A DNA stretch of 64,000 nt from Octopus vulgaris (Eukaryota): NCBI GenBank assembly GCA_951406725.2, contig OX597822.1, positions 10,106,001 to 10,170,000 of the forward strand, given 5' to 3'. The position numbers and the translations under genes are program-made. Positions 15,554-29,411 of the stretch are shown here, piece after piece; the stretch's first letter is position 1; each line of letters opens with the position of its first letter. The notes under the pieces are model-generated. The model was given only the letters and a program-made list of their open reading frames with translations, did not search any database and was not told where the DNA came from.

Positions 15554-15878
15554 TATAATATATAATATATGTATATATATATATACACATATATGTATAT
15601 ACCTGGTAACTCGGAAGCCTACTACTACTGGCTCTAGCTTCAGCTGTGAACTTGCAACCTAACGGATAACCAATTATAGCACTTACGCTGTGTACCTATT
15701 CGTTTAGATCGTATTCTTTATATATATTGCGCTACATATATAAATCAAGGGTTGATCAGGAAGACCACAGAAGGAGGAAAATTAGGCGAAAACCAATAAA
15801 ATCACAAAATACGGGAAAGTAGACGAAAATACGATGCACGGAACATTTTCAGCTATACATACATACATTAATACATAA

Positions 15879-15961
<83 letters not shown>

Positions 15962-16029
15962 GGGAATAAATCCAAATTTACAGGGAAAAAATCAGATTTA
16001 GGATTAAATCCAATTTTATAGTAAAATAT

Positions 16030-16172
16030 TATATAATATTATTAGAGACAAAACCACTATTTTGCAAAACAAACAAGGAAAGACTTAATCAATACATAAA
16101 ATTTTAATAAAATTTTATGTATTGATTAAGTCTTTCCTTGTTTGTTTTGCAAAATAGTGGTTTTGTCTCTAA

Positions 16173-16184
<12 letters not shown>
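16030..16184. repeat. Perfect palindrome, 77-bp arms, 1-nt centre at 16107
   Basis: ATTAGAGACAAAACCACTATTTTGCAAAAC..AAAATTTTA A TAAAATTTT..GTTTTGCAAAATAGTGGTTTTGTCTCTAAT. Confidence 0.95.
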
Positions 16185-16235
<51 letters not shown>

Positions 16236-16622
16236 GCACACACACTCAAATGCACAAACATACAGAATGCATTGTACGCCGTTGAAGTGTGTATATAATG
16301 TATATACAACGTATATACAACGTTGACAGCCGAGGAACTGCCGTTTCGTCCGAGATAAGTACTCCTATGGACATATGGTATCTCAAAAGACCGCTGGACT
16401 GAATGAGTAATACGGTGTATGCAACTGTAGCCCTATTAAATTAAAATAGCCATTTTAATGTCTTAATAGTTATACACCAGTGAAAGGCAACTTGCTGCTG
16501 TTTTCGTCTGAGATAAACTGAGATAAACGTGCTGTGTTAAAAGACAAGTATATGTATTGGAGAGACACGGAAACCCGTTCCGAAAGCTGCTAGTGAGAAC
16601 GCATTTTCTTGCCTGTCAACAG

Positions 16623-16748
<126 letters not shown>

Positions 16749-17194
16749 TATTGATTTCAAATTCTACCATTCTACCACAAGGGCAGCAATTTTAGGAGAT
16801 TTCTTCGGCTAAAGTGGTGCTCCAGCTTGGCCGCAGTCAAATGACTGAAATATAAAAGAGTAAATATTAATCGGACGAGCATAAAAATTGCTAAAATATT
16901 TTTTGTATCGAGGACGTATAAACAATTTATTGTGTATATACTTGACTGGTCTGTGGCACAGTTTTTCATCGTCTCTGAAAAATTACCGTGTACCCCTAAT
17001 TTAGTATGTTGTATCCGTAGATATGGGTCCCGGTTGAGAAGCCCTGATTTTAATACATTAAATATGATTCGTAAATAGCAATCTTTCTCAGCCTTTCCGT
17101 CCATGTCTCTCTCTCTTTCCAAGATCGTGCTATTAAGTTAGCCAAGTCCTGGACCAATTTTGGCCTAAACTTACCTAAGTACCTAATTCTATAC

Positions 17195-17457
<263 letters not shown>

Positions 17458-17998
17458 ATCCCTGTCACACACAAAGCTATGCTCACGTACGCACTATATA
17501 AATATATGTACGTGTGCATATTCCGTTTTCCTTTAATTTTGTTCATCACATTCAAGTGCGCGCAACACACACATTGTACGATTTATCTTTTACTTACTTC
17601 ATTCATTAGATTGTGGCCATGCTGGGGCAACGCTTTGTGATGTTTAAATCAAAGCTAATTGAGCTAGTACTATATCTCTTCGTAAATTATCCGGCTTTTA
17701 TGGCGTGCTTCCCACGGTACGGGACGTAAAGAAACGAACACTGGTTGTCTAGACATTTGGCTAAGTTGCGCCAATATATTTGCATTCATCCACCCACCCA
17801 ACCACCGACATCACACATATGCACATTTATAAGTCTAAATGTGTAACGCATAATATATATATGCATGTATATATATGTATATACATGTATATGTTATATA
17901 TATATATATATTCAAATATTTATATACATACATATATATTATTATATTTATATATGCACATACATACACACATATGTATATATATTATGAGACTGCAC

Positions 17999-18045
<47 letters not shown>

Positions 18046-18131
18046 AGAATCTATATATATATATGTGTATGTGTATGTGTGTGTGCAATATATAAAATAA
18101 ATAATACCTAAAAACATAAATAAACATATAG

Positions 18132-18187
<56 letters not shown>

Positions 18188-18707
18188 GTATACATGTATG
18201 TATATATATAAATATATATATACACATATATACACACATATATGTATATGTAGTCTATATATTTATTACTCATTATATATGTGTGTATTGTGTATATATA
18301 TGTATGTATGTATATACCTACATGTATATATAAATATGCATACATATAAATGTAAATATGTGTGTGTGTATGAGTGAGTGTACATATTTATAAGTAATTC
18401 GAGGTGCGTATTTGTTTACATAAATACGTGTCAGTAACCATATGTAATATACATTATAATGTTTATCCGAGTTTCTTATGACTGCAGAATACATATGCAC
18501 ACGTACGGCTGCTGATGTATATAGAACCGTATAGGTATATAGATCTCTATAGACATGTGCATATGTGATCACAGAAATATAATATACGAAATATACGTTC
18601 AAATGTGTGTGTATACGTATGTATGTATGTGTGTGTGTGCGCGCGTGCGTGTGTGTGAACGTGCTGCGCATGTAAGTACGCAGACGTACATATATAATTA
18701 AGAATAA

Positions 18708-18938
18708 AGGCGGTGAGCTGGCAGAAACGTTAGCACGCCGGGCGAAATGCGTAGCTGTATTTCGTCTGTCGTCACGTTCCGAGTTCAAATTCCGCCGAGG
18801 TCGACTTTGCCTTTCATCCTTTCGGGGTCGATAAATTAAGTACCAGTTACATACTGGGGTCGATATAATCGACTTAATCCGTTTGTCTGTCCTTGTTTGT
18901 CCCGTCTGTGTTTAGCCCCTTGTGGGTAGTAAAGAAAT
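18708..18938 (+). mobile_element. SINE-like family B, full length
   Basis: GGCGGTGAGCTGGCAGAA head and B-box-like GAGTTCAAATTCC. Copies at 35169, 44190, 52541, 30935, 30275(-) and 61060(-). Confidence 0.85.
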
Positions 18939-19769
18939 ATATATAATTAAGAATTTCTTTCGCAACATTGAAATCTCTGGTTCGAGTTCATTACGCGGCG
19001 TCTTGTGCAAATGCTAATACCACACATTCGGACCGACAAAATTTTTTTTGTGGGTAAAACTGGGTAGATGTAGGGCAGGGCTCATTCAATACTATTTTAT
19101 TTTGCTGAACCCCTAAAGCCATTCGATGTGTTTAAAAACTAGCTTTATAGAAACTTCTTACAACAATTTCTAGTTTATTTTTCACGCATTAACTTGCAAA
19201 GATTGAACTATGTAAAAGGGAAAGAAACGTGGCCGTTTCTTACAATACATACCAATACAGACATCTAAAGCAAAATCGTTTTCAGGGGACCTTAAAATAC
19301 TATTGTGGGTTCTCAATTTACTATTTTCTTGCATGAAACCCCTACCCATCCATCAGATCTTATATGGACTCTCAGGGGCCGACCCCGGTTTAGAACCACC
19401 GATGTAGAACGTGAGAAAAGCCTGTTTGACGGTTTGTGTCGGTCATTCAGAGATTCAGCCGGGTCGCACTGTATCGCGCGGATTCTGACCGAGAGTTATA
19501 TTCAGAGTAGAAATACTTGGGGAATATTTAGCCAATTTACGCGCTAAATCTAACATTAGGTCGTTCGCTTTATCAAACAATTGAACGCTAATGCAAGGAA
19601 GTGTCTATCATATGTTCCTGTGTGTATATGTGTGTGTGTTTATGTTTCTGTATGTATACATACATATATATATATATCCTCTTTCCCCCCCTCTTCTCCC
19701 CTCCCCCTCTTCTCCTCACTACACCACACGACTTTACACATCACATCATATATGATGTGCCATACTAAT

Positions 19770-20110
19770 ACATACACCAACTAATACATACTAATACGTA
19801 CTAATACATACTAATACATACTAATACATACACCAACCCTATACATACACACGTCCAGACCCCTCATACGCACTTATACTCTCTCATACACACACACACA
19901 CACTTATACATACTAATACGTACTAATACATACTAATACATACTAATACATACACCAACCCCATACATACGCCTGTCCAGACCTATCCTACGCACTAACA
20001 CTCTCTCATACACCCACACACACACACACACACCCCTTATACATACTAATACATACTAATACATACACCAACCCTATACATACACACGTCCAGACCCCTC
20101 CTACGCACTA
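19770..20110. repeat. Three ~120-bp degenerate tandem units with (TACATACTAA)n subrepeats
   Basis: CACCAACCCTATACATACACACGTCCAGACC..TACGCACT occurs three times. Confidence 0.75.
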
Positions 20111-20139
20111 ATAGGTGGTCATTCAACCCTATTATCAAC

Positions 20140-20420
20140 CCTATTATCTCCCCTTATTTCGCTCTCGCGTCTCATGTTTGATCTTTGACTTCTGGCCGAA
20201 ATCAGATCGCCATGTTGATTCGTTAGTTACTGCACGCATTTTTTTTCTCTCCTTCTTTCTGTGTTTTTTTTTCTCTCTGTGTATCTTTCTGTTGAAGAGC
20301 GTAGGCTCGAAACGTTAAAGACTTGTTTTATTTATATTTCCTGAGCGCCATACTAATACAATTGTTTGTTTGTTTTCCACCTGCCTTCGTCTTTTGTCTA
20401 TTTTCATAAAGCTTCCCGTT
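20140..20420 (+). mobile_element. Short element with a minimal hammerhead-like motif at 20285-20321
   Basis: TCTTT|CTGTTGA A GAGC GTAG GCTC GAAAC GTT|AAAGA (A6-to-U). Downstream CTGAGCG..CTAATACA..CCTGCCTTCGTCTTTTG is shared with 39290-39460(-). Confidence 0.6.
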
Positions 20421-20479
20421 ATATATATATGTACATACATACACACACACACATACATGTACTTATATATATATATACA

Positions 20480-21015
20480 ACTTTTTGATGAAATTTTTTC
20501 TGTAAAAAAACTTCATCCTATTACTACTATTAGTAGCAGATTTAGGGACTGGTAACCACTATTAGCTGTGGTGGAGAACAGTTCACACGTGTGCTGAGGC
20601 TAGCTAAAGGAATTTTATATTTTAGATATAACTGGGGTACTTATGTGTACACATGACTTTTGCTTATGCTTTTTTCCATGTAAGTATTTCATTTATTTCT
20701 TTTTCGTATTTTCTACTGAAGAGGAAAAAATCTATGAGATTAATTCCGAAATTGATTCAATATAGAAATAACGAACTTTTAAAAACATTTCTGTTGGCTA
20801 GCTTCCCCATTTCAGCACGACGTATATCTGTAGTGGGTATATAATAATATGTGAAAATTGACGATTTAAAAGTCTGTTATCAGCATATTGGCATGGAAAT
20901 AATTTTCTTTTGCCCTTGTTTATAAGTTGTTTATAATTTTAACCTTTAAAGGTATTTTAATATGCTACCACTTTTTGATGAAATTTTTTCTGTAAAAAAA
21001 CTTCCTCCTATATTA
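20480..21015 (+). mobile_element. 490-bp non-coding unit with terminal direct repeats and a central hammerhead
   Basis: Identical 35-bp direct repeats at 20480-20514 and 20970-21004; flanked by (TA)n. Confidence 0.7.
20710..20768 (+). ncRNA. Type I hammerhead ribozyme motif, intact core
   Basis: Stem I UUUCUA/UAGAAA; CUGAAGA at 20716-20722; stem II GGAA/UUCC extended by AAUCU/AGAUU; GAAA at 20748-20751; stem III AUUGA-U-UCAAU; cleavage triplet AUA ending at 20762. Confidence 0.8.
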
Positions 21016-21042
21016 GTAGTAGTAGTATATATATATATATAG

Positions 21043-21099
<57 letters not shown>

Positions 21100-21103
<4 letters not shown>

Positions 21104-22078
21104 TTAGATAAAACTTAGATAAAACTTAGATATGTTTCGACCAAAGATTGGTCCAGGCCATGTCAAACTTAATAGCACCACCTGATAGGATTATCTAAAT
21201 CCTGTTTAAGGTCAAGTTTTGTTTATGGTCCATTCAAGTAGTGAGTTTTTGTTGGGTGAGTTGTATCCAATTATGGGTGGCTTATCTGGTATTCCTTGAA
21301 GGAATCTATCCAGACTCCGTTTAAAGTTGATGGGATCCTTTTCCTCTTTGATCTCTTTCGGGAAAATGTTAAATAGGGCAGGGCCTGTTGAGGAAAAGAA
21401 ATTATGTTGCAGTGAACATGTATGCTGTGATCTTGAATTGGGCAGGGGACGTATGGCCCGTGGTCCCAGTCTTGGATGAACCTTGAAGCTAATGTTTAGG
21501 TCGTTTGGGCAAAGTTGGTGGTATATTCTCCACATCGTACAAATGATGTACCGCTTACGGCGACGCTGGAGAGAGTAGAGTTTCAAGGCTTTAAGGCTTT
21601 AATAATCGAGAGCAGCCATACCTTCAATTCGTTTAAGGAGTACCTTCTGGTGTGATTCAATCCTCGAGATGTTTTGTCTTGTATGGGGAGACCACAGTGG
21701 GCAGCAGTATTCAACGTGTGGCCTTACAAAGGAGGAGAAAAGTTGTGTGATGACACCTTGTTCTCTGGACCGGAAAGTTCTTAAGATCCAGGAACTCATC
21801 TTACAAGCTATATCGACCTTATTGTTGATGTGTGCACTCCAACTGAGATCGTCATCAACAATTACGCCCAGGTCTCTGATATTGATAGAGGCTGTGAGCG
21901 GTTCCCCTGAAGGAAGACAGTATGGCTGTTTTAGTGTGGAATTTCTTCCAAAATACATCAGCTCAAATTTTCCCTCGTTCAGTTGCATTTTGTTTCTGTC
22001 TGCCCATTGACTCACAGCATATAGATCAGACTGGAGTTGAGTTCGGTCTGCTTTTTCATTGATGATTTGCTGGAGCTT
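21100..22078 (-). mobile_element. CR1-like LINE family B 3' fragment with tandem-repeat tail
   Basis: LQSDL..W..N.MQLN..K, RDLGVIVD, VRPHVEYCCPLWSP and LYSLQRRR; tail is AAACTTAGAT-type repeat x3. Confidence 0.9.
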
Positions 22079-22489
22079 ACATATATATATATATATATAT
22101 ATATAAGTATATATGTGTATATAGCATTCGTCTATCTGGCTATACAATCACACACAAGCGTCAAACCTTGTGCGTGTATACATCAATCATACGCGCGCAC
22201 AGACAGACAGACAGAGAGAGACACACACACACACAGATAAACCGACCATTTTCACTCTCTCCTGTCATAGAAAGCACTTTCTCTTCATTCCTTCTACTTC
22301 TGGTCCCTTCAGATCTGTAACCGCACGTGATTGCTTGCGACTTTTCTTCCTCCGTCTTCCACTTCCCTGTTTTTCCTGTTTCCCAAGAAGAACTATGCCC
22401 GAAAAGTAAAACTACTATTTTTTTCCTTTCTCTGGGCGTCTTATGAATAGATTACTAGTGCTACGTCCATACGCTTGATACATGCATAC

Positions 22490-22685
22490 GTATATGTACG
22501 TATGTTTGTATGTATGTATGTATGTATGTATGTATGTATGTATGTATGTATGTATGTATGTGTGTATGTATGTATGTATGTATGTACGTATGTTTGCATG
22601 TATGTATGTATGTATGTATGTATGTATGTATGTATGTATGTATGTATGTATGTATGTATGTGTTATGTATCTATGTATGTATGCA
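22490..22685. repeat. (TATG)n microsatellite
   Basis: Direct reading. Confidence 0.9.
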
Positions 22686-22692
22686 TGTGTGT

Positions 22693-22871
22693 GAGTGGCT
22701 GTGTGGTAAGTAGCTTGCTAACCAACCACATGATTCCGGGTTCAGTCCCACTGCGTGGCATCTTGGGCAAGTGTCTTCTGCTATAGTCCCGGGGTCGATT
22801 TGCTCGACTAAAGGCGGTGCTCCAGCATGGCCGCGGTCAAATGACTGAAACAAGTAAAAGAGTAAAAGAGT
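22693..22871 (+). mobile_element. SINE family A with internal deletion
   Basis: Head joined directly to tail at CTATAGTCCCGGGGTCGA. Confidence 0.85.
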
Positions 22872-24310
22872 ATATATATATATATATGCACACACACATA
22901 TATATATATGTGTGTGTATATATATGTATGTATATATATATGTGTATATGTACACACACACTTTATATAAATACACGTACACACACATCACACCATGTGT
23001 GTGCCTTGTATACACGCGCACACACACACGCACACATGCACATATACAAATACAAGTGTTCATACGTTTGTGCATTAACACATACATGCCTACATGCATT
23101 CACAAACCGGTGCTGTTTGCTTTAAAATCTCACTTCGCTGTAATCTATCCCAGCGTCCCATCAGACTGCATGACTTCCTCTTCAATGCCGTTGCTGGTTG
23201 TTCCAAGACTGACGAATAAAATTCGGTTATTGGAATTTATTAAAGTCCATTGGATAGATTACCTGTATTTCAAATGTCCGGTTTCGTCACAAATTATGTC
23301 ACTTTGGCTTTGTCTACCTTCAATTAATAAGTGTCTGTTGACTATTCGCTGTTTTATAATTAACTGAAATCGTAACTGCATTTGTTCGCACACTCATATA
23401 TACACCCTTGTATAACTCCGTTGCATTATCCGCCTATATTTTCATATATACTATCAACGCAATGAATTCAAATATGTGTGTGTGAGTGCGTGTGTCTGTG
23501 TGTGTGTGCGTGTGTCTGTGTGGTAAGAAACCTGCTTCCTAACCACACGCTTCCGGTTTTGTCCCACTGCGTCGGCAAGCATCTTCTACTATAACCTTGG
23601 ACCGACCAAAACCTGTGAGTGGATTTGGTAGACAGAAACTGAAAGAAGTCGTATATATATATATGTGTATATATATGTATATGTGTGTGTAAGGGTCTTT
23701 GTGACTGTGTATCACACCGCCAGGCGTGGCTAAACCGCAAATCACTTGATACTCGGGAATGCAGATCAAACTAGCGACGTTAATTTATTAAAGACCCATC
23801 AAGGACTACTTATGACTTTGGTCCTCGCTGTGCAAGATAAAGGAATAAAAATTCTGACAGAAACTGTAAACAAATTTTACTAGAGAGTTGATTGTCAGAC
23901 TTAAGTAATTAGAGTAGCAATGCACTGTATCTTAATGTGAACGACAGGAGGACTAAATGCATGTTAAATATGTGTCATGCTGAACGTATATTTATTCAAT
24001 CATATACCACGCCCTGTGAATTGGATGAAAGACGTAAGCGATCACTGATGTGCCTTTAATGAGTGACGAAACTTATCTATGCAAATATCATTTCTAGAAG
24101 GCGAAAAAAACCTTGTTGAATAACCATGTTTATCATCAATCTGAAAAAAACCCCCGCTGAAATGTGGAAGAGGAGGAGGAAGAATTCTTGTCTCCATTCT
24201 TTTATACGTAAATGTTCAGATATGACTTTTCTTGAAATTCGTTCGGGTTTATATTACAGGTAATCTTGATGTATTATGATATCAAATGCTTAAAGCATTC
24301 TTTGTTTCTG

Positions 24311-24346
24311 TAGTATCCGATGAAGGACTTCGTCCGAAACGTTACA
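24311..24346 (+). ncRNA. Decayed minimal hammerhead-like motif
   Basis: CCGATGA A GGAC TTC GTCC GAAAC GTT. Confidence 0.5.
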
Positions 24347-24517
24347 CTTTCTCTCTACAAATTTGCTTTATAATTTTCCCTTCTCTGAACAGGAAGCTAA
24401 TAATATCAACTTGAATTTTTGTTGCCTTTATATTTTACACACACGCACGCACACACGCACACACGCACACACACAACCGTACGTATATATGCACACGCAC
24501 AACCGTACGTATATATG

Positions 24518-24572
<55 letters not shown>

Positions 24573-25039
24573 GTATATGCATATATATACATACATACAT
24601 GATATATATACATTTACATACACATATTTATATATACATATGTATATATACACTCACACAAGTTAACGTAATTAAAGTTTTGGAGTGTGTATAGTTTCTA
24701 ATCAACAGAAAATAACAACGTCCCCTATTAAGGACCAATTCATGTATAAAGGATATATGTATGTGTGTATGTATGTATATATGTCTATAAATATACATAT
24801 ATATAAATATAGATATATGTGTGTGTATGCATGCATGCATGTATGTATATTTCAGTTAGAAGGGTTCATTAAAAATCGTGGCACATCAACGTGTGACAGA
24901 ATCCTCCAGAGCAGAGCAGAAAGTAAAGTAATCCCTCACCAAGGGCACCAATTATACCGATCGGACAGTGTTGTGAGGGTAATTCTCAGTTCCATTTAAT
25001 CACCAATGATCTAATTCATCGGTAACGCGCCATATTCCT

Positions 25040-25240
25040 TTACTCTTTTATTCTTTTATTCTCTTGCCTGTTTCAATCATTGACTGCTGGAGCAACGTTT
25101 CGAAGGGGTTTTTTAGTCGAAGAAATCGACCTCAGGACTTATTCTATCTGCCGCTTTTGACGAACCGTTATATTGCGGGGATGTAAATACACCAACATCA
25201 GTTGTCAAGTAACGTTGGGGAGACAATCATAGGTACAAAG

Positions 25241-25313
<73 letters not shown>

Positions 25314-25382
25314 TACACACATACACACACATACACACACACTCACATATTTACGACGGGCTTCTTTCATTTCTGTCTACCA
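25040..25382 (-). mobile_element. SINE family A, diverged and headless
   Basis: Tail and body similarity; abuts the Penelope-like fragment. Confidence 0.7.
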
Positions 25383-26040
25383 TTTCTGTCGTTGCTGAGT
25401 TTAATGTCTCGGAGTTGCTCCGCGAACCGGTCAGCCAAGCGGCGTCCTGTTTGACCGATGTACAGAGAAGGACAGAAAGAGCAGGAGATGCAGTAAATGA
25501 CGCTGCTAGAAGTGCAGGTGAGAGAGTCAGTGATATAATAGGGACGATGATGATTGCCTGTCAGAATGGTGGTGTTGGATAGGTAGGGGCAAGTGGGGCA
25601 AGTGGGCAGGAGCAGGGAACGAGCCAGGTTGGGAGGTGGAGTTAGGGAAGAAACTGTGGATCAGGGGAAGTCACGTAGGTTGTGGGCTCGTTTGAAGGGG
25701 GAAGATGTGCGAAATGGAGGGGTCGGACTGGAGTCGCCGGAAGGCTCGCAGAAGGGTGCGTTGGAAATCAAGTTGGAGGGGTGGTAGGTGAGAGGAAACG
25801 GGAAGCGGGTAACGGCGGAGCGGGTGACGGGAAAGAGAGCAGAGGCACGGTCCACGGAACGTGCTCTGGCAAGTACGGTGTGGATAGTGGTGAGGGGATA
25901 GCCACGAAGGATGAAGTGGCGAGCCATGAGTTGAGACTGAGTCTCAAAGTCATGGTTGTCACTGCAGAGTCTGCGCAAACGGAGGAATTGGGAATAGGAG
26001 TTGGAGAGCTTTGTGTGGGTAGGGCGAGAGGAGGAGAGAC
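25383..26040 (-). mobile_element. Penelope-like retroelement remnant: RT thumb, Cys-rich linker, GIY-YIG endonuclease (Neptune-like layout)
   Basis: SYSQFLRLRRLCS..F..RGYP..LTYHP and FKRAHNLRD in ORF 25661-26146. Downstream manual translation gives GSFPC..TCPY and LTCTSSSVIYCISCSFCPSLYIGQTGRRLADRFAE. Frameshifted. Confidence 0.9.
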
Positions 26041-26904
26041 TCTCTGATAATCTCATTGCGTTAAATTGCCTTAATTTTAGGGACTTGTTATATAAAATTA
26101 TCAATATAAAAGAGTTGCTTGTATTCCTTAAATTAATAATTACCAAAATTAACTAATACTTCTTTAAAATACCAAGCGGCCGAGGGTGCCTTTAGCAGAA
26201 TCACTTCAGATGGTTGCGTAAGTATAGCTCCATCACAATCCAATTTCTATGAAATCATTGTTCTGTAAAGGCTAGTGCTGTCCCACAGAAAATATTGTCT
26301 CCACGAAAAATCGCGCAGTTGCGAGTTATCACTAGACGGGGATGTACTAAACTGGGTATAAATGTGTGTTCGTTTTTATTTGTATGCGTGTGTGCGCGCT
26401 AGATTCGCGTGTGTATATATGTGTGTATATATCCAAGCACTCACACATATATATGTAAACACACGCACACACACACACATGTGCATAGAAACATGCATAA
26501 ACGCATTTATATATTGGTCTAAGTCCAGTGATGTTATATAAAAGCATCCAAGCAGGTATTTTGGAAATGTCAGTGAAACAGAAAACAAAGAAGACAAAAT
26601 GCAAGGTAAAAAGAGAAGGAAAGAAAGAAAATAAAGAAAGAGAAACAATAACGATAAGGCGGAAGTGAATGAAACGATGATTGGAATGAAGGAAAGAAGT
26701 AAAAACTGAGGAGATAAAACGATGACGCGAAATTCCTTCCCATTTTGCTGTTTTCGCTGTTTTCCATCAAAAGAACTGAAACACTTTGTAAGTCTTTGAT
26801 TGAAATCCGGCCGAGGATAGATGGAATTTTTGCACGATCCACAAAGGGAAAGCGGCGACCTTTAGAGAGCTGTCGAGGGGTATTGACATATGAGGGGCAA
26901 GAGA

Positions 26905-27008
26905 GAGTTCGAGAGAGAGAGAGAGAGAGAGGCACAGAGAGAGGCACAGAGAGAGAAACAGAGAGAGAGAACGAGAGAGAGAGAGAGGCACAGAGAGAGG
27001 CACAGAGA

Positions 27009-27045
<37 letters not shown>

Positions 27046-27150
27046 GAAGAGAGAGAGAGATAAAGACAAAGAGAGAGAAAGGAAGAGAGATAAATGAAGA
27101 GAGAAACGGAGAGAGAAGTCGAGGGAGAGAGAGGAAGATATATATATATA

Positions 27151-27220
<70 letters not shown>
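26905..27220. repeat. (GA)-rich low-complexity tract
   Basis: Direct reading. Confidence 0.9.
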
Positions 27221-27658
27221 AGCAAAAATGAGGGAAGAGTATTGTGGAGAGAAAAGGTGAGAATGGGAAAAGAAAATGAAAAAGATTGTGAGGAAGAAAC
27301 CTGGGGCATATGAGAAATATAAATGGCGATGGTGGGAGCGAATAAAATGTGTATGACGTAAAGACAAGATCAAGGAGGAGTAGTATTAAAAGAGACAGAT
27401 TAATAGATAAACTAGAGAGAGAGTGGGAGAGAAGTATAGGTGAACGTGTGTGCACGGGTGTGTACGTGTGTGTGTACGTGTGTGCGTGTTTACATATGTC
27501 TGCCTTTGTGTGATGTATACGTGTGTTTATGTCAGAGTAATATTTTCTTTGAGTGAGCTTTTGTGAATGTGAAGTGTAATATATACAGAGCTTCATAAAA
27601 AGAAGTATATGGAGAGGAGATACAAGACGCAATTCTATCTAGACATGGTCTAAATACT

Positions 27659-27730
<72 letters not shown>

Positions 27731-27733
<3 letters not shown>

Positions 27734-27947
27734 TCTTTTCTCTTTTCTCTTTTACTTGTTTCAGTCATTTGACTGCGGCCATGCTGGAGCACCGCCTTTA
27801 GTCAAGCAAATCGACCCCGGGACTTATTCTTTGTAAGCCCAGTACTTATTCTATCGGTCTCTTTTGCCGAACCGCTAAGTGACGGGGACGTAAACACACC
27901 AGTAACGGTTGTCAAGCAATGCTAGGGGGACAAACACAGACATACAA

Positions 27948-27988
<41 letters not shown>

Positions 27989-28152
27989 CGACAGGCTTCT
28001 TTCAGTTTCCGTCTACCAAATCCACTCACAAGGCATTGGTCGGCCCGGGGCTATAGCAGAAGACACTTGCCCAAGATGCCACGCAGTGGGACTGAACCCG
28101 GAACCATGAGGTTGGTTAGCAAGCTACTTACCACACAGCCACTCCTGCGCCT
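27731..28152 (-). mobile_element. SINE family A, full length
   Basis: Matches the other family A copies. Confidence 0.92.
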
Positions 28153-28329
28153 ATATATATCTTATATATATATATCTTATATATATATATATATATATAT
28201 ATCATATATATATATATATCTTTTAGCTTTTACTTGCTTCAGTCATTAGACTGTGACCATGCAGGCTCGCCGCCTTAAAGAGCATATTCTATCGATCTAT
28301 TTTGCTAAACCTCTAAGTTGCGGTGACGT

Positions 28330-28663
28330 AAATCTCAATATTAGCTTCAAAATTTACCCAAGACTAGGACCACGGGCCATACGTCCCCTATCCAATTTAG
28401 GATTGGAACACATAAATACACTGCGACACAATTTCTTTTCCTCAACAGGCCCTGCCCTACTTAACATTGTCCCGAAACAGATCAAAGAGGAAAAGGATCC
28501 CATCACCTTTAAACGAAATCTGGACAAATTTCCTGGATACAACTCATTCAACAAGAACTTCCTACCACAAAACTTGGTTTAAAAAAGATTTAGCTAATCC
28601 TTTCAGGCGATGGTATTAAGTTAAACGTGGCCTGGACCAATCTTTGGTCGCGATACATCTAAG

Positions 28664-28665
<2 letters not shown>
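28330..28665 (+). mobile_element. CR1-like LINE family B 3' end
   Basis: PRLGPRAIRPL..HNFFSSTGPAL..KEEKDPI, as in 21212-21586; same GGCCTGGACCAATCTTTGGTCG end. Confidence 0.88.
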
Positions 28666-28702
<37 letters not shown>

Positions 28703-28703
<1 letters not shown>

Positions 28704-29215
28704 TAGCAGTATCGCCCGGCGTTGCTCGGGTTTGTAAGGGAAATAACTATATAAGCATTTTTAGAGAGTTACTTCCCTTATAGATGCCAATTCGGGCTTT
28801 CTTAGCCATTTCTGTTTTGGTGTCTTCAAGCCATGAAGTCGTTGTTCTAAAACAACGCTGGTCTCCTTGACAACGCTTTACGACGTTGATTTCCTTACAC
28901 TCCCTTCCCCACAGCTTCACGAGGGAGGGAAGAAGGGGGAGACGCAAACAGGTGCAGGTGTGACCATGGACGCCAACTCCGCTGCCATCGACACACGAAA
29001 AATTATGCATTAAAATGGAATAAAAAATGATGTTAAATTATTTTTAAAATCGTAGACTCATCGTAGACGCGCGCTAATACTCAGACGGGCTTGATATGAA
29101 TCACGACTATAAGATATCCGAATTTGGTTAAACTGCACCGCAAAATGTGGGAGTAGTTAGGAATCTAAATCGTAGGGGACAGACACTCACACAACTACAG
29201 TTTTATATATATATA
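28703..29215 (-). mobile_element. Non-autonomous Helitron
   Basis: Minus-strand 3' hairpin CCCGAGCAACGCCGGG followed by CTAG|T; homologous to 39471-39865. Confidence 0.8.
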
Positions 29216-29377
29216 TATATATACGACGGGCTTTCTTCAGCCTCGGTCCATCAAATCCTCTCACAAGGTCTTGGTCAGCCTCAGGCTACAGTAGAAGACA
29301 CCCGTCTAAGGCGCAAAGCAGTGGGACCGAACCCAGAATCGTATGGTAGAGAAGCAAACTTCTCTCTCTTTCTCCCC

Positions 29378-29410
<33 letters not shown>

Positions 29411-29411
29411 A

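Noticed and set aside
16330-16410. Minus-strand stem followed by GAAACGGCAGTT
   Set aside because: No CUGANGA upstream; at most a very decayed remnant
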